A stretch of DNA of 58,259 nt from Nanobdellati archaeon (GTDB lineage: Archaea > Nanobdellota > Nanobdellia > UBA10117): positions 1 through 58,259 of the forward strand of contig JACQKZ010000012.1 of assembly GCA_016204275.1 (NCBI GenBank), given 5' to 3'. Position 1 is the first letter of the stretch. Every line of letters starts with the position of its first letter. Positions 9,380 to 19,342 of this stretch are shown here, piece after piece. The translations under genes and the position numbers were made by a program. The notes beneath the pieces were generated by a model, which made no database searches, was not told where the DNA came from, and worked only from the letters and a program-made list of their open reading frames with translations.

Positions 9380-9401
9380 ATAATTTCACGGGCAGAAGAA
9401 T

Positions 9402-9590
9402 TTAAGTAGTTTTTGTCTTCTTGACTTTCACTAGCATAGTCCACTTGAGCCTTTTCGGACTTCTATGTAACTTTTCAGAATACTTTTCACACTTGCTCGA
9501 GTGGAACCAGAGCAGCTTGCCAGTGTTTGTGATAAGCAGCTTTCCGGATGTTTTCTCAAAATCTTTGTTACAATAAGAGCACTTTGGCAT
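9402..9590 (-). CDS. rpl24e: 50S ribosomal protein L24e
   Basis: MPKCSYCNK..G..FHSSKCEKY zinc-ribbon pattern. 62 aa. Last gene of the conserved L7Ae-S28e-L24e order. Confidence 0.9.
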   Translation of the reverse strand: MPKCSYCNKDFEKTSGKLLITNTGKLLWFHSSKCEKYSEKLHRSPKRLKWTMLVKVKKTKTT

Positions 9591-9591
9591 T

Positions 9592-9873
9592 TTAGCGCTT
9601 CCTTCCTTTTAGCGGAGAAGCTTCAATCTCTGTCTCTCTTAACATCAAAATATCACCAATCCTTATCGGCCCGACAACATTTCGCCGGATTATCTTGCCA
9701 ACGTCCCTGCCCGTAAGAACCTTAACACGCACCTGCTTGCCACCCTCGCGCGTGCCCATCGAGCCGACTATCTCCATCACCTGCGATGGGAAGGCATGCT
9801 CGCCTACCTCAACAAGCTGCTGCTTCACGTTGCCCTGCTGCTGTTGTTTTGGTTTTTGTTGTTTTTGTGCCAC
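9592..9873 (-). CDS. rps28e: 30S ribosomal protein S28e
   Basis: Motifs VMEIVGSMGTREGGKQVRVKVLTGRD..IIRRNVVGPIRIGDILMLRETEIEA, with a Gln/Lys-rich N-terminal extension. Confidence 0.9.
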   Translation of the reverse strand: MAQKQQKPKQQQQGNVKQQLVEVGEHAFPSQVMEIVGSMGTREGGKQVRVKVLTGRDVGKIIRRNVVGPIRIGDILMLRETEIEASPLKGRKR

Positions 9874-9887
9874 TTTAATTAATCACC

Positions 9888-9986
9888 CTAACCGGATTGG
9901 CAGCAGCCGCACTCGTGGCCGCAGGCACAGCCTTCTTCTGTTTCTGCAGCCTTCTTTTTTTTCTCTTTTATTTTTTGGTCTTCCAT
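9888..9986 (-). CDS. possible 32-aa Cys-rich micro-ORF between rpl7ae and rps28e
   Basis: Hand translation gives MEDQKIKEKKKKAAETEEGCACGHECGCCQSG-stop. It fills the 120-nt gap inside the ribosomal operon and is below the ORF-track size cutoff. Confidence 0.3.
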   Translation of the reverse strand: MEDQKIKEKKKKAAETEEGCACGHECGCCQSG

Positions 9987-9993
9987 TTTAGAA

Positions 9994-10482
9994 TTATGCT
10001 GTTACAGCTACTGCTTCGGCTGGCTTTTCTTCTTTGGCTTTTTTCGGCGCCTTTGGTTTTGCTTCCTTGGGTTTTTCCTTTGCCGGCTCGGCCTTTGCCT
10101 CTGTTTTTGCTGGCCCAGATTTCTTGCCGCTCAGCACTTCAAGCTGTTCGGCGATTTGTGACATTCTCTTCGCGCCCTCGCCTGCTGACACGATCGCAAT
10201 TGCTGATGTGCCGACTGGCAGGCCTGCCGCAGCGCCTAAATCTGCCTTAGCAGGAACAAAAGCATAAGGAATTTTCTTTTCATCGCAGAGCATTGGTATG
10301 TGCTGTATAATTTCCAGCGGATTAACATCAGCAGCGATAACAACAAACTTGGCCTCGTTGCGTTCAACGGATTTTGTAGCCTCGTTAGTACCCTTGCGGA
10401 TTTTCCCGCCTGAGCGGGCATCTTCAACTAGCTTCAGAATCTGGTCTGAAAGTTCTTTTGGAATCTCGAATTTCGCGCTCAT
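9994..10482 (-). CDS. rpl7ae: 50S ribosomal protein L7Ae with a Lys/Ala/Glu/Pro-rich C-terminal extension
   Basis: Core motifs KIRKGTNEATKSVERNEAKFVVIAADVNPLEI..IPYAFVPAKADLG. About 45 extra low-complexity residues (AKTEAKAEPAKEKPKEAKPKAPKKAKEEKP). Confidence 0.9.
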   Translation of the reverse strand: MSAKFEIPKELSDQILKLVEDARSGGKIRKGTNEATKSVERNEAKFVVIAADVNPLEIIQHIPMLCDEKKIPYAFVPAKADLGAAAGLPVGTSAIAIVSAGEGAKRMSQIAEQLEVLSGKKSGPAKTEAKAEPAKEKPKEAKPKAPKKAKEEKPAEAVAVTA

Positions 10483-10601
10483 TTTGCAGCTCCTTTGCGA
10501 GAAATTTGATTATCAAAAACTATGTTTTTTGATTTATCAATTTTAGTCATTTTTTCCTCGCTCCGAATTTCATCGGTCATCGGACTAAAAGCCTGTGCAG
10601 A

Positions 10602-11207
10602 ATGGTTTTTAAAGGTTTTCTATTGCAGACTAGCATGGCTTTAACAGATAAGCTCGGTACAGTGTTTTACTTTTCCGAAGGTTACTTCAGGAGAGATCGG
10701 CAGCTGGCAAGATATGTCTATCAGCCAGTTTTTGAACGCCTGCAGGACACTGGGGCGATTTCAGGCCGGCTAAAAATTCTGGACTTAGGCAGCGGGCCTA
10801 ATGGTTCGGATTTTGTCAACATGCTTGCCGAATTTTCGCCGCAACTAGAAGTAACTTATGCAGATTATCATTGGAATTATGTTAATAATATGCGAATGCT
10901 CGGAAAAAAGGCAGTTGTATCTGACGGCAGAAAAATGTCGTTTATGGACGACTCTTTTGATATTGTTTTTGGTGGCTGGTCCGTTCTAGAAAGCAACGGA
11001 ACACGCATGGCACGGGACAGCAAAGTCATAGCTGAAGTAAGGCGCGTACTTTGCAGGCAGGGCATTTTTATATTCGAATATGCCGGCGGCGGCGATTACG
11101 AAACCGGAAAAAATTTCAGGGCTAATGGTTTTAGTAAATTTACCCACTTATTAAGGCTGGAACGCAGTGACAGAGAATTTTTGGACTTATATTCAGCGTC
11201 GGCCTGA
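10602..11207 (+). CDS. class I SAM-dependent methyltransferase
   Basis: Motif I ILDLGSGPNG and a post-I acidic residue pattern. About 200 aa. Exact start uncertain. Confidence 0.7.
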   Translation: MVFKGFLLQTSMALTDKLGTVFYFSEGYFRRDRQLARYVYQPVFERLQDTGAISGRLKILDLGSGPNGSDFVNMLAEFSPQLEVTYADYHWNYVNNMRMLGKKAVVSDGRKMSFMDDSFDIVFGGWSVLESNGTRMARDSKVIAEVRRVLCRQGIFIFEYAGGGDYETGKNFRANGFSKFTHLLRLERSDREFLDLYSASA

Positions 11208-11262
11208 AAAAACACAAATTAAATTTTTGAGTTAGGTTTTTAAACCATGCTCCACAGCAAAC

Positions 11263-11634
11263 GTGAACATGGGAAAAGAATCAGCAATGTTTGATTACGC
11301 GCAGAGCAGGGCAGTCAATGAGCTAGATACACTTATTCAGAAGCACGGCGGGTCTCAGCTAAAGGATAAAGAATTAGCTTCGATTTTGTTTAATAATTTA
11401 GTAATAGTTGCAAGTGGCGGGTTTGCCAGGATTCCGAAAGAAAAAATAAAAACTTATGGTGACATTGCCTGTGCGGTTGTGAATTTTTATACAGCTATTG
11501 GCAATGCTGGCCTAAGCGTAGCAGAAGTGCAAATTGGCGCTTACTCTGCCCAGGTAATCGGCGAAAAGGCAGCAGCAATTGCAAAAGCGGATAGGTTAGC
11601 AGAATTATTTCAGCTTACAAAAGTTAAAAAATAA
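11263..11634 (+). CDS. hypothetical protein
   Basis: 123-aa ORF. No motif recognised. Confidence 0.5.
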   Translation: MNMGKESAMFDYAQSRAVNELDTLIQKHGGSQLKDKELASILFNNLVIVASGGFARIPKEKIKTYGDIACAVVNFYTAIGNAGLSVAEVQIGAYSAQVIGEKAAAIAKADRLAELFQLTKVKK

Positions 11635-11650
11635 TGCGGCGTAAATAGTG

Positions 11651-12079
11651 CTATAAAAAATCTTCAAGGCTTGCTGTGCCGCCCTGCTGCCCGCGCGGAG
11701 TGAGCAGCGGTGTTTTGAATCGCTGGCTTGCCATTCTAACAATTTTTTCTTGCGCAATTTTCTGTTCAAGTACACATATGTAATACCATGCAGCTGGCCT
11801 GTCGCGCTGCGCATCTGCGGGCGTGGCATAGTAAGGCGTATCTCTCGCGAGGAAACCCACTCTGTCATTGACAAGTTTTAATGCCGCAACAATGCTGGCT
11901 TCAGAGTACAGCGTGACATGATTTTGTTTAATTTCTCTTGCAATCTGCCGCAACAAATGATGCTGCGGATTTATTTCATAAATATAGGGCAATATGTCTA
12001 AAACAAGCTGGAGATCTGCCTTCCGAATTTCTATTCTGGCATGCCTGTGGTTCCACAGTCCTTCGGTTCCATCGCCCAT
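11651..12079 (-). CDS. hypothetical protein
   Basis: 142-aa ORF. No motif recognised. Confidence 0.5.
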   Translation of the reverse strand: MGDGTEGLWNHRHARIEIRKADLQLVLDILPYIYEINPQHHLLRQIAREIKQNHVTLYSEASIVAALKLVNDRVGFLARDTPYYATPADAQRDRPAAWYYICVLEQKIAQEKIVRMASQRFKTPLLTPRGQQGGTASLEDFL

Positions 12080-12118
12080 GATATGCTACAATAAAGATAA
12101 TTTATAAAGCTTTCTTTG

Positions 12119-13798
12119 CTAATTATGCGTAAACACAAAGCCCAATTTTCCTTTCGCCTTTGCATCCAATCTTACAAACCCAAACCTTTCGAATTGTATT
12201 ATATCCCCAACTTTTAATTTCTCGCAGTTTTTCTCTGCAAAGCCGGCAACAATAGCGCCATCAGGCATTATCACTTCTGTTGCAACTGAAAAATCAGCAG
12301 GCACCCATGTAATGCGCGGTATTTCTTTGTTCTCTTTTGATGTAAATTCTGCTTTTGGATTTAATTTTATATTATATAAGTGCATCAGCCGCACTTCTTT
12401 TCCTTTTAAAGCCGTGAAATCTTTTTTCGAAATGTAAAATGTTTTTCCGACTTTTATCTTTTTCATTTCTGTTTCTTTGTCAGGGTGCAGTTTCACTTCG
12501 ATTTCCTTGATGGCTGGCGCGCCCTTCACTCCAACTTCGACTGGCTCGGCAATGAAAGAGTAGCGGTGCGAGGCAGGGTCTAAAATTTTTCTGTTTATTG
12601 CGTAGAGATTGTCAATCGGGACTTCGATATCATTAGCATTCAAGCCGATGTCTGCAATGAACTCGCGGACTGCGTGCGGCAAAATTCCTCGGCGCGCAAG
12701 TGATTGCAAGCTCCACGTTCTTGGGTCATCCCAGCCAGAGTATGCGCCAGATTTTACTTCCTTCTGAGCTTTCGATTTTGAGAGTTTTACTCCCTGCAGG
12801 CGTATCAGGCCAGTATGTATAATTGTTGGCGCGCGCCATCCAAAAATATTCCAGATAAACTTGCACATTTCAGTCTCCATCATCAAGTCTTTTCCGCGGA
12901 TTACGTGCGTCACGCCGAGCAGGACATCATCAATCGCCCAGGAAAACTCGAGCATGGGCCAGACTTTGTACTTATTGCCGACGCGCGGGTGTTTTCTGTC
13001 AGAAACTCTGCAAAGCACCCTGTCCCTGAATGCCGGATTAGGATGCGCCATGGAAGTTTTTAATCTTAGTATGGCCTGCCCTTCTTTGTACTTGCCCCTG
13101 AGCATGGCCTGCCATTTTTCTAAGGTTTCCTTCGGGGACTGCCTGCGGTGCTCGCACTCAATTCCCTTCGCCCTGCACTCCCGCAGTTTTTCTGCAGCGC
13201 ACTCGCAGACATAAGCAAAGCCCTTTCTAATAATTTCCTCGGCGTGTTTGTAATAAATTGCCAGCCTGTCTGATTTGTAAACTATTGGCCCGTCCCACGT
13301 GACATTCAGCCATTTGAATCCATCAGGAATCAGTTTGTAAGCGTCAGGCGCGATTGATTTTTCTTCAGAGCCGATTGTGTCGTCCATCACAAACAAAAGT
13401 TTGCCGGAATATTTTTCTGCATAAAGCGCATTCAGCAGGTACGTCTTTGCGTTGCCGATGTGCAGCGGGCCGGAAGGATAGGGTGCGAGGCGCAAAACAA
13501 TTTTTCCCTTCTCAGCGTTTGGCAGGGCGTCAAGCTCTTTTTCTTCGTGTTCGCTTACTTTCTTCTCGAAAAATTCAGGATAGACTTTTAGCAGCCTCTC
13601 TTCCTGCTGTTTGAGTGTCAGTTTATTTATTTCGGCAACTACCTTGCCTATCTGCGGGGCCAGCTCTTTCATCTTCTGCTTGACTGACTCGTCTTCCGCA
13701 ATCAGCTTGCCAATGATTGAGCCAGCCTGTGCCTTGCCTTCGTGAGAGAAAGCGTTAGCTAGGGCAAACTTCTCAATAGACTTTAAGTAATCTGTCAT
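12119..13798 (-). CDS. gltX: glutamyl-tRNA synthetase (archaeal/eukaryal type)
   Basis: LRLAPYPSGPLHIGNAKT (HIGH-type motif), VKLSKSK (KMSKS-type motif). 559 aa. Confidence 0.9.
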   Translation of the reverse strand: MTDYLKSIEKFALANAFSHEGKAQAGSIIGKLIAEDESVKQKMKELAPQIGKVVAEINKLTLKQQEERLLKVYPEFFEKKVSEHEEKELDALPNAEKGKIVLRLAPYPSGPLHIGNAKTYLLNALYAEKYSGKLLFVMDDTIGSEEKSIAPDAYKLIPDGFKWLNVTWDGPIVYKSDRLAIYYKHAEEIIRKGFAYVCECAAEKLRECRAKGIECEHRRQSPKETLEKWQAMLRGKYKEGQAILRLKTSMAHPNPAFRDRVLCRVSDRKHPRVGNKYKVWPMLEFSWAIDDVLLGVTHVIRGKDLMMETEMCKFIWNIFGWRAPTIIHTGLIRLQGVKLSKSKAQKEVKSGAYSGWDDPRTWSLQSLARRGILPHAVREFIADIGLNANDIEVPIDNLYAINRKILDPASHRYSFIAEPVEVGVKGAPAIKEIEVKLHPDKETEMKKIKVGKTFYISKKDFTALKGKEVRLMHLYNIKLNPKAEFTSKENKEIPRITWVPADFSVATEVIMPDGAIVAGFAEKNCEKLKVGDIIQFERFGFVRLDAKAKGKLGFVFTHN

Positions 13799-13947
13799 AA
13801 TACTGAAAACTACTTTGAATTTAAAAACCTATCTTATGAGCTAGTTATTAAAATTGCATTGCTGATAAAATATTAAAATATATTTAATTGACTGTATATT
13901 AGTAATAGCACCAAAACCTTTAAATTCCTTTTTGATTTTAAATAGGC

Positions 13948-14517
13948 ATGAAACGTTTGGTTAAGATATTGTTGGCAGTAATAATTGTGGCAACTGTAGT
14001 AGTCCTTGCCGGCATTTACATGGAATTCGGCGCGAACACGCAAAAACAAGCAAATTCAGATTCACTGTTAAGATTTCAGCCGTCAGCCAGCGAACTAAAA
14101 GGCTGGCAACTCACTTGGGAAGCAAAAAATATGGCAGAGTGGCCCGAAGAACAGAGAAAATCATTTATATCAAAAAATATTGATGACGCTGCCGGCTGGC
14201 GATATCAAAAAGATAACGAAACAGTAGAAATATGGGTAAGAGAGTTCAGAGCTCAGGATGATTTGCAGAAAGTAGAGCTGGGCATAACACAGCCATTTTT
14301 CTGGAAGGCGCAGTCAGCGCTTGGTTTTGCGGATTATGCAATGGTTGGCGTGCATGTAAGCGAAAAGCCAAGCCCGCTTTTGATGTATTTCGCCAAAAAT
14401 AAAACTATGTTTTATATTAATTACTATAATAAAGATGGCACGTACGATGCATCACAAATACTAAAAGATAAGACTTTCTTAACCTTGCTTGCAAAGAAAA
14501 TGCTTGCGAAGTATTGA
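13948..14517 (+). CDS. membrane-anchored or secreted hypothetical protein
   Basis: N-terminal hydrophobic segment LVKILLAVIIVATVVVLAGIYM. 189 aa. Confidence 0.6.
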   Translation: MKRLVKILLAVIIVATVVVLAGIYMEFGANTQKQANSDSLLRFQPSASELKGWQLTWEAKNMAEWPEEQRKSFISKNIDDAAGWRYQKDNETVEIWVREFRAQDDLQKVELGITQPFFWKAQSALGFADYAMVGVHVSEKPSPLLMYFAKNKTMFYINYYNKDGTYDASQILKDKTFLTLLAKKMLAKY

Positions 14518-14571
14518 ACTATTCGCAACAATGCAATAATCTTTAAATAGCCCAGCTATGCGATTTCGCAA

Positions 14572-15543
14572 ATGGAAATCTCTGAAAATAAAAATAATGA
14601 AAAAGAAATTGATGTTTTGCCGAAGGATGAATCCATAGATTCACCCACACCAGCTTCACCAACACCAACAACACACTCATCTAAATCTTCGGGCAAGAAG
14701 TACATTGCCCTGCTTGTTCTTATTGTAGTAGTTGCAGGCCTGTTTTACTTCTTACGCGCAGGCACTGGCGATGTTACCGGCTCAACGACTGCATTGCCTG
14801 CTGGGCAAAGCGATTCTGGCGAAAAAGTAGCGCAGGATAACGAGCCAGCCCTGCCAAAGGTAGATGTCGATGTACAAACAACACCACCCGCCAGAAAGTC
14901 AGCATCACAATCAACCGCTGGCATGGAATGCCAGGATTCTAATTCATGTACAATAGATACGTACGACCGAAATAGCGGCCAATGCACACATTCACCCGTA
15001 GCTAACTGCTGCGGCAATTCTGTATGCGAACAGGGCGAAAGGTGCAACAGAGAGACACTCGAGACAGCCTGCCCGCAGGACTGCTCATTGTCGTGCGAAG
15101 CTTTCTTAACAGTAAGCAAATTCGCGGCGCAAAAAGAGCCGGACAAGTACAGTTACAACTGCGCATCAGGCAGCTGCGAAGCCAATGGACTTAACGAGTT
15201 TAAAATAACCGGCGATGCAGTAGTTCATACATTTATCAACAACTGGGGCGAACTTATAGCAGAAAATTCAGTCTCAGCACAGACATTTTGCACATACAAT
15301 GGCGAGCAGATAAAACTGGATGGCACATTATTCGGGGTAGGAATTAAAGACTACTTCGGCGATAACAAGGATACATCTGGGCAGATAAGCGCAAGGAATG
15401 CAAAAGGCCAGAACTATGCCGAATATGCGATAGCAGTAAGCCGGCCATCAAATTTGGATAATGGTGTCCGCATCCAATGCACCGCGCTGTTGCAGTCCAC
15501 AGATATATCAAACAGCCAGAATTTGGTTTTTGTCTTAAGCTAA
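14572..15543 (+). CDS. membrane-anchored extracellular Cys-rich protein
   Basis: TM segment YIALLVLIVVVAGLFYF, followed by a Cys-rich block CQDSNSC..CCGNSVCEQGERCN..CPQDCSLSC. 323 aa. Confidence 0.65.
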   Translation: MEISENKNNEKEIDVLPKDESIDSPTPASPTPTTHSSKSSGKKYIALLVLIVVVAGLFYFLRAGTGDVTGSTTALPAGQSDSGEKVAQDNEPALPKVDVDVQTTPPARKSASQSTAGMECQDSNSCTIDTYDRNSGQCTHSPVANCCGNSVCEQGERCNRETLETACPQDCSLSCEAFLTVSKFAAQKEPDKYSYNCASGSCEANGLNEFKITGDAVVHTFINNWGELIAENSVSAQTFCTYNGEQIKLDGTLFGVGIKDYFGDNKDTSGQISARNAKGQNYAEYAIAVSRPSNLDNGVRIQCTALLQSTDISNSQNLVFVLS

Positions 15544-15554
15544 CTTTTTATTTT

Positions 15555-16289
15555 TTATTCTTTTTGCAAATGTTTTTTTAGGTTTTTTATTTTGCCAAAC
15601 TTCAGTATATTATCAGCGACTGCATAAATTTCAAAACTGTTTATGTCTTTTAAAAATGGCGATAATAATTTTTCTGACAAAACATTTGTTCCCTCGGCCA
15701 GCAGGTTAAACGAAGGCAGAACGACTAAATCCCTGCCAGACCATTTTCCCTTCAAAAAGCATTTCACGCGCTCAGAGGAAACGGAGTCAGATATTGTTAT
15801 TGCGGGATGTTCATGGCCAATTACAATTAAGCTTGCGCCCTTTATTTTTTCTTTTTTCGGAATTTCATCGCCATGCAAAAATAATATATTTTTAACTGCA
15901 AGTTCTTTTTTTACTTCGGCCAGTTTTTCAATATATTTATACATTGTGTCGTGGTTGCCTTTCAGGACAATGATACTTTTGCATTTGGTTTTTATAAAAT
16001 CTATTATAGCAGTTACATCACGGATTTCCTGCCGGCCAAGATAGCCAAACTCGTGCCTGATGTCGCCAAGAATAACAACCCTGTCTAATCCACATTTGCT
16101 TTTTTTAAGCCGGTCGAATATGCCTTGCAGCCTGGCCAGCGTATCTGCCAGCTGGTGCCTGGGCAGCAAAACCCCTTTGCTAATAAGCGCAGTTTCGTAA
16201 CCAATGTGAAAATCTGTAAGAGCAAGGATTTTTTCTTTTGCAAAGTAAAGCCCTAAGTCAACAATTTCAACGCCCCGCAGTATGTTCAT
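15555..16289 (-). CDS. calcineurin-like metallophosphoesterase, Lhr-associated
   Basis: Motifs TDFH, GDIRHE, GNHD, GHEH. Lies immediately downstream of the Lhr helicase with a 1-nt gap. Confidence 0.8.
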   Translation of the reverse strand: MNILRGVEIVDLGLYFAKEKILALTDFHIGYETALISKGVLLPRHQLADTLARLQGIFDRLKKSKCGLDRVVILGDIRHEFGYLGRQEIRDVTAIIDFIKTKCKSIIVLKGNHDTMYKYIEKLAEVKKELAVKNILFLHGDEIPKKEKIKGASLIVIGHEHPAITISDSVSSERVKCFLKGKWSGRDLVVLPSFNLLAEGTNVLSEKLLSPFLKDINSFEIYAVADNILKFGKIKNLKKHLQKE

Positions 16290-16290
16290 T

Positions 16291-18879
16291 TTATTTGCCC
16301 TTTAAACTAATTTTTGCCAGTATCTGCTTGTGCATTCTTCTTATAAAGTCCAGCCTGTCTTCCGCGCGCAGAATATCCGAGTATCCGCGCGCAATAATGT
16401 TGAGCGCGAACGGGCTGGGTATCTGCGTCTGAACGCTTTTTAGTGTTGTATGGCCGCTCTCAATCCATTTTAGCACCTGCTCGGCGTTCTTAACATCCAT
16501 TAAGTCTTCCATCACTTCGCGCCTTGCTTCTTTTAAAACAGGAAAATTATTCGAAATTCTTTTCGCGGCGTTGATAAGGATTTGTGCGGATACCTGTTGC
16601 CTGCCAACACGCTTGCGTACGCCCTTATAGTTTCGGATTATCATGAGCGCGCGGCCGGCACAGTGCCTAAATCTGCGTTTCATTATGTCTGTCTTGTCAA
16701 TGGCAAGCTCCAGCAATTTTCCAAAGTTTTCTTTTTTTAATTGCATGAACAAGTACTGCCAGTTAAGTTTTTGGCTTGCCGCGAGGTAAAAATTTGCATC
16801 GGTGATGGAAATCAGCACGTTTACACCATGGAATTTTCCAAGTATATACGCAAAAGACCGCGAGAGCGCATCATTCACCCGCCGGCCAAAACACGAGTGG
16901 AATATTAGATAGTGCTTTCCCTCGAAGTAAAGCTCCTCAATCAAAATCTTTTTATCATGCGGGATTGCGGCGTAACCCCACTGTTCGTAAAAATATTCAT
17001 AAAGCGAATTCGCGGCAGGCCCGTCGATATATAAATATTCCTTGATAAACTCAAGTATCTCTTTTTTCGATTTGTATTTATTATAATATTCTTCAATCAG
17101 GCGCCGGAATTTTTGGATTGACATTGCAAGGTCAAAATTTAATGGCAGCATGTCTGAAAACCAGCTTGGTATTGTTGGGATTCTGCCCGGCGCTGTTGAA
17201 ACCTGCGCGACCATTCCGCGCGAAAATTCGTATCTGTATGTGCTGCCGCCAAGGACAAAAATATCACCTTTCTTCATGCGCTCGAGGAACTCCTCATCTA
17301 TCTTGCCGACCGGCTGATCGCCAATTTTTATAGTGATATAGCTTTCGTCAGGTATTGTGCCTATGTTTGTTGAATACAAAACCCGCGCGAGTTTTGAGCG
17401 CTTGCCAACCATGCCAGTCCCAGCGTCATGCCATATTTTCGCATAGATGTGCCGGTCATCAAGCTCAGCATACTCGCCAGCAAGATATTTTATTACTGCG
17501 ATAAAATCCGCATCAGCTAAATTTTTGTAGCAGTAACTTCGTTTTACAGTTGTTTTTATATTATCGATATGATCTTTGCCCTCGATCGCAATTCCGTAGA
17601 TGTGCTGTGCCAGAACGTCCAGGCAATTTTTTGGTATGTCTATTTTATCAATTTTTCTTTCAACAGCGTTTTTTAGAATCAGCGCGTCCTCGACCAAATC
17701 GTCACGGTCAATTACGATGAATCTGCCTTTGATATTATCGTGCAGCCTGTGCCCGCTTCTGCCAATCCTTTGAAGCGCCCGCGAGACAGATTTTGGCGAG
17801 CCAAGTAAAATAACAAGATCGATGTAACCAATATCAATTCCAAGTTCAAGCGAAGTTGAGGAAACTACAACCTTCAGCTCGCCCCTTTTCAGTTTTTCCT
17901 CGGTAGATAAGCGCAGCTCTCTGGACAGCGATGAGTGGTGCGCCTGTATGTTTTCGGCATAATGCTTTCCAAATCTTGTTTTTAAGTTATGAACAACCCG
18001 TTCAGTAGCGGCGCGTGTGTTCGTAAATATCAATGTTGTTTTGTGTTCCTGAATCATATCGTGCAGCATGTCATAGGTTTTTTTATCAAGGTCAGCCTGC
18101 GTAACGTCCATTATGTTTTCGACAGGCGATATAACCTTCAAATCTATTTTTTTAAGAAATTGCGCATCAACAATAGATATATCGCGAGGCTGGCCATCAT
18201 TCTCAAATCCTGCAAGAAACTGCGCGACCTCTTCAAGCGGCGCGATTGTTGCAGACAGGCCAATGCGCGTAAAGTTGCCGGCCAGATTTTGCAGCCGTTC
18301 TAAACTTAATGACAGGTGAACGCCCCTTTTTCCGGAGGCCAGCGCGTGAATCTCGTCAACAATAACCCATTTCACATCCCGCAGCCTTTCCCGGAAAACC
18401 GGTGCGACAAGAAGGATGGCAAGGCTTTCCGGCGTCGTGATTAATATGTGCGGCGGCTTATCACGCATCTTTGATTTTTCGTATTGTGTTGTATCCTCTG
18501 TCCTGACGAAAACGCGCACGCCAAGCTCGCTGCCGCGCTCGGCTTCCATTTCAGTTAGCGGCTCCAAAAGATTTTTTTTGATATCATTATTCAGGGCTTT
18601 TAGGGGTGACACATAAACACAGTAAACCTTATCCTCTAATTTGCCAGCTTCGGATAAATTAACAAGCTCAGAGATGACCGCAGCGAATGCAGAGAATGTT
18701 TTGCCGGAACCGGTCGGCGCGGAAATAAGGACATTTTTCTTTTTATGAATGTCAAGGACAGCAAACTTCTGCGGCGGGCTGAATTTTTTAAACTTCTTTC
18801 TAAACCAGCCAGCCACCAAGGGGTTCAGCGCGGCGAATATCTGTTCATCGCTGCTTTCTGTCGTTTGCAAAGTTGCCAT
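16291..18879 (-). CDS. lhr: Lhr-type ATP-dependent DEAD/DEAH-box helicase
   Basis: Walker A APTGSGKT, DEIH box, SAT motif, and a long C-terminal Lhr-like region. 862 aa. Confidence 0.85.
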   Translation of the reverse strand: MATLQTTESSDEQIFAALNPLVAGWFRKKFKKFSPPQKFAVLDIHKKKNVLISAPTGSGKTFSAFAAVISELVNLSEAGKLEDKVYCVYVSPLKALNNDIKKNLLEPLTEMEAERGSELGVRVFVRTEDTTQYEKSKMRDKPPHILITTPESLAILLVAPVFRERLRDVKWVIVDEIHALASGKRGVHLSLSLERLQNLAGNFTRIGLSATIAPLEEVAQFLAGFENDGQPRDISIVDAQFLKKIDLKVISPVENIMDVTQADLDKKTYDMLHDMIQEHKTTLIFTNTRAATERVVHNLKTRFGKHYAENIQAHHSSLSRELRLSTEEKLKRGELKVVVSSTSLELGIDIGYIDLVILLGSPKSVSRALQRIGRSGHRLHDNIKGRFIVIDRDDLVEDALILKNAVERKIDKIDIPKNCLDVLAQHIYGIAIEGKDHIDNIKTTVKRSYCYKNLADADFIAVIKYLAGEYAELDDRHIYAKIWHDAGTGMVGKRSKLARVLYSTNIGTIPDESYITIKIGDQPVGKIDEEFLERMKKGDIFVLGGSTYRYEFSRGMVAQVSTAPGRIPTIPSWFSDMLPLNFDLAMSIQKFRRLIEEYYNKYKSKKEILEFIKEYLYIDGPAANSLYEYFYEQWGYAAIPHDKKILIEELYFEGKHYLIFHSCFGRRVNDALSRSFAYILGKFHGVNVLISITDANFYLAASQKLNWQYLFMQLKKENFGKLLELAIDKTDIMKRRFRHCAGRALMIIRNYKGVRKRVGRQQVSAQILINAAKRISNNFPVLKEARREVMEDLMDVKNAEQVLKWIESGHTTLKSVQTQIPSPFALNIIARGYSDILRAEDRLDFIRRMHKQILAKISLKGK

Positions 18880-19030
18880 GTGAGAAGTGTTTACTCCACT
18901 ATATAATAAGCATAAACTTAAACTTTAAAAGGCATTCGGTTAGGTGTCAAATTACGATTAAAACACAAAAACAGCGGCCGTGTGCCAGAGTTACACAAAG
19001 TTTTATAACATTTTCCATAGCATTTATTGC

Positions 19031-19342
19031 ATGGAAAATACGCAAACAAAAAAAGCAAGAACCTTGGAACAGTTGACATACGATGGCACATTTTTCCGCA
19101 AAAGTGACGGGCGGGCAGTAAGAGTAGAAGCAGTTGATCTGCCAATAACATTTTTAATTCAAAATCCAGAAAGCATAGCTACATATGTAGAAAAATTATT
19201 AGCTCACGATTCGCTCTGGATTCCGAAAGCAGCAAATGCTTATACTGCATCGAAGTTTAATCCAGACACACAGCATATTAGGGATGGAGCGGGTTTTTCA
19301 GTTTATGCGGTGCAGTTTTACTTAAAGTTTTTATCAGACTAA
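19031..19342 (+). CDS. hypothetical protein
   Basis: ORF trimmed to the internal Met (MENTQTKKART). No motif recognised. Confidence 0.45.
   Translation: MENTQTKKARTLEQLTYDGTFFRKSDGRAVRVEAVDLPITFLIQNPESIATYVEKLLAHDSLWIPKAANAYTASKFNPDTQHIRDGAGFSVYAVQFYLKFLSD

Noticed and set aside
9695-10546. Plus-strand ORFs across the ribosomal-protein operon (9695-9991, 9897-10250, 10034-10267, 10298-10546).
   Set aside because: They are antisense to rps28e and rpl7ae. Their low-complexity Leu/Phe/Cys-rich translations mirror the Lys/Glu-rich sense strand.
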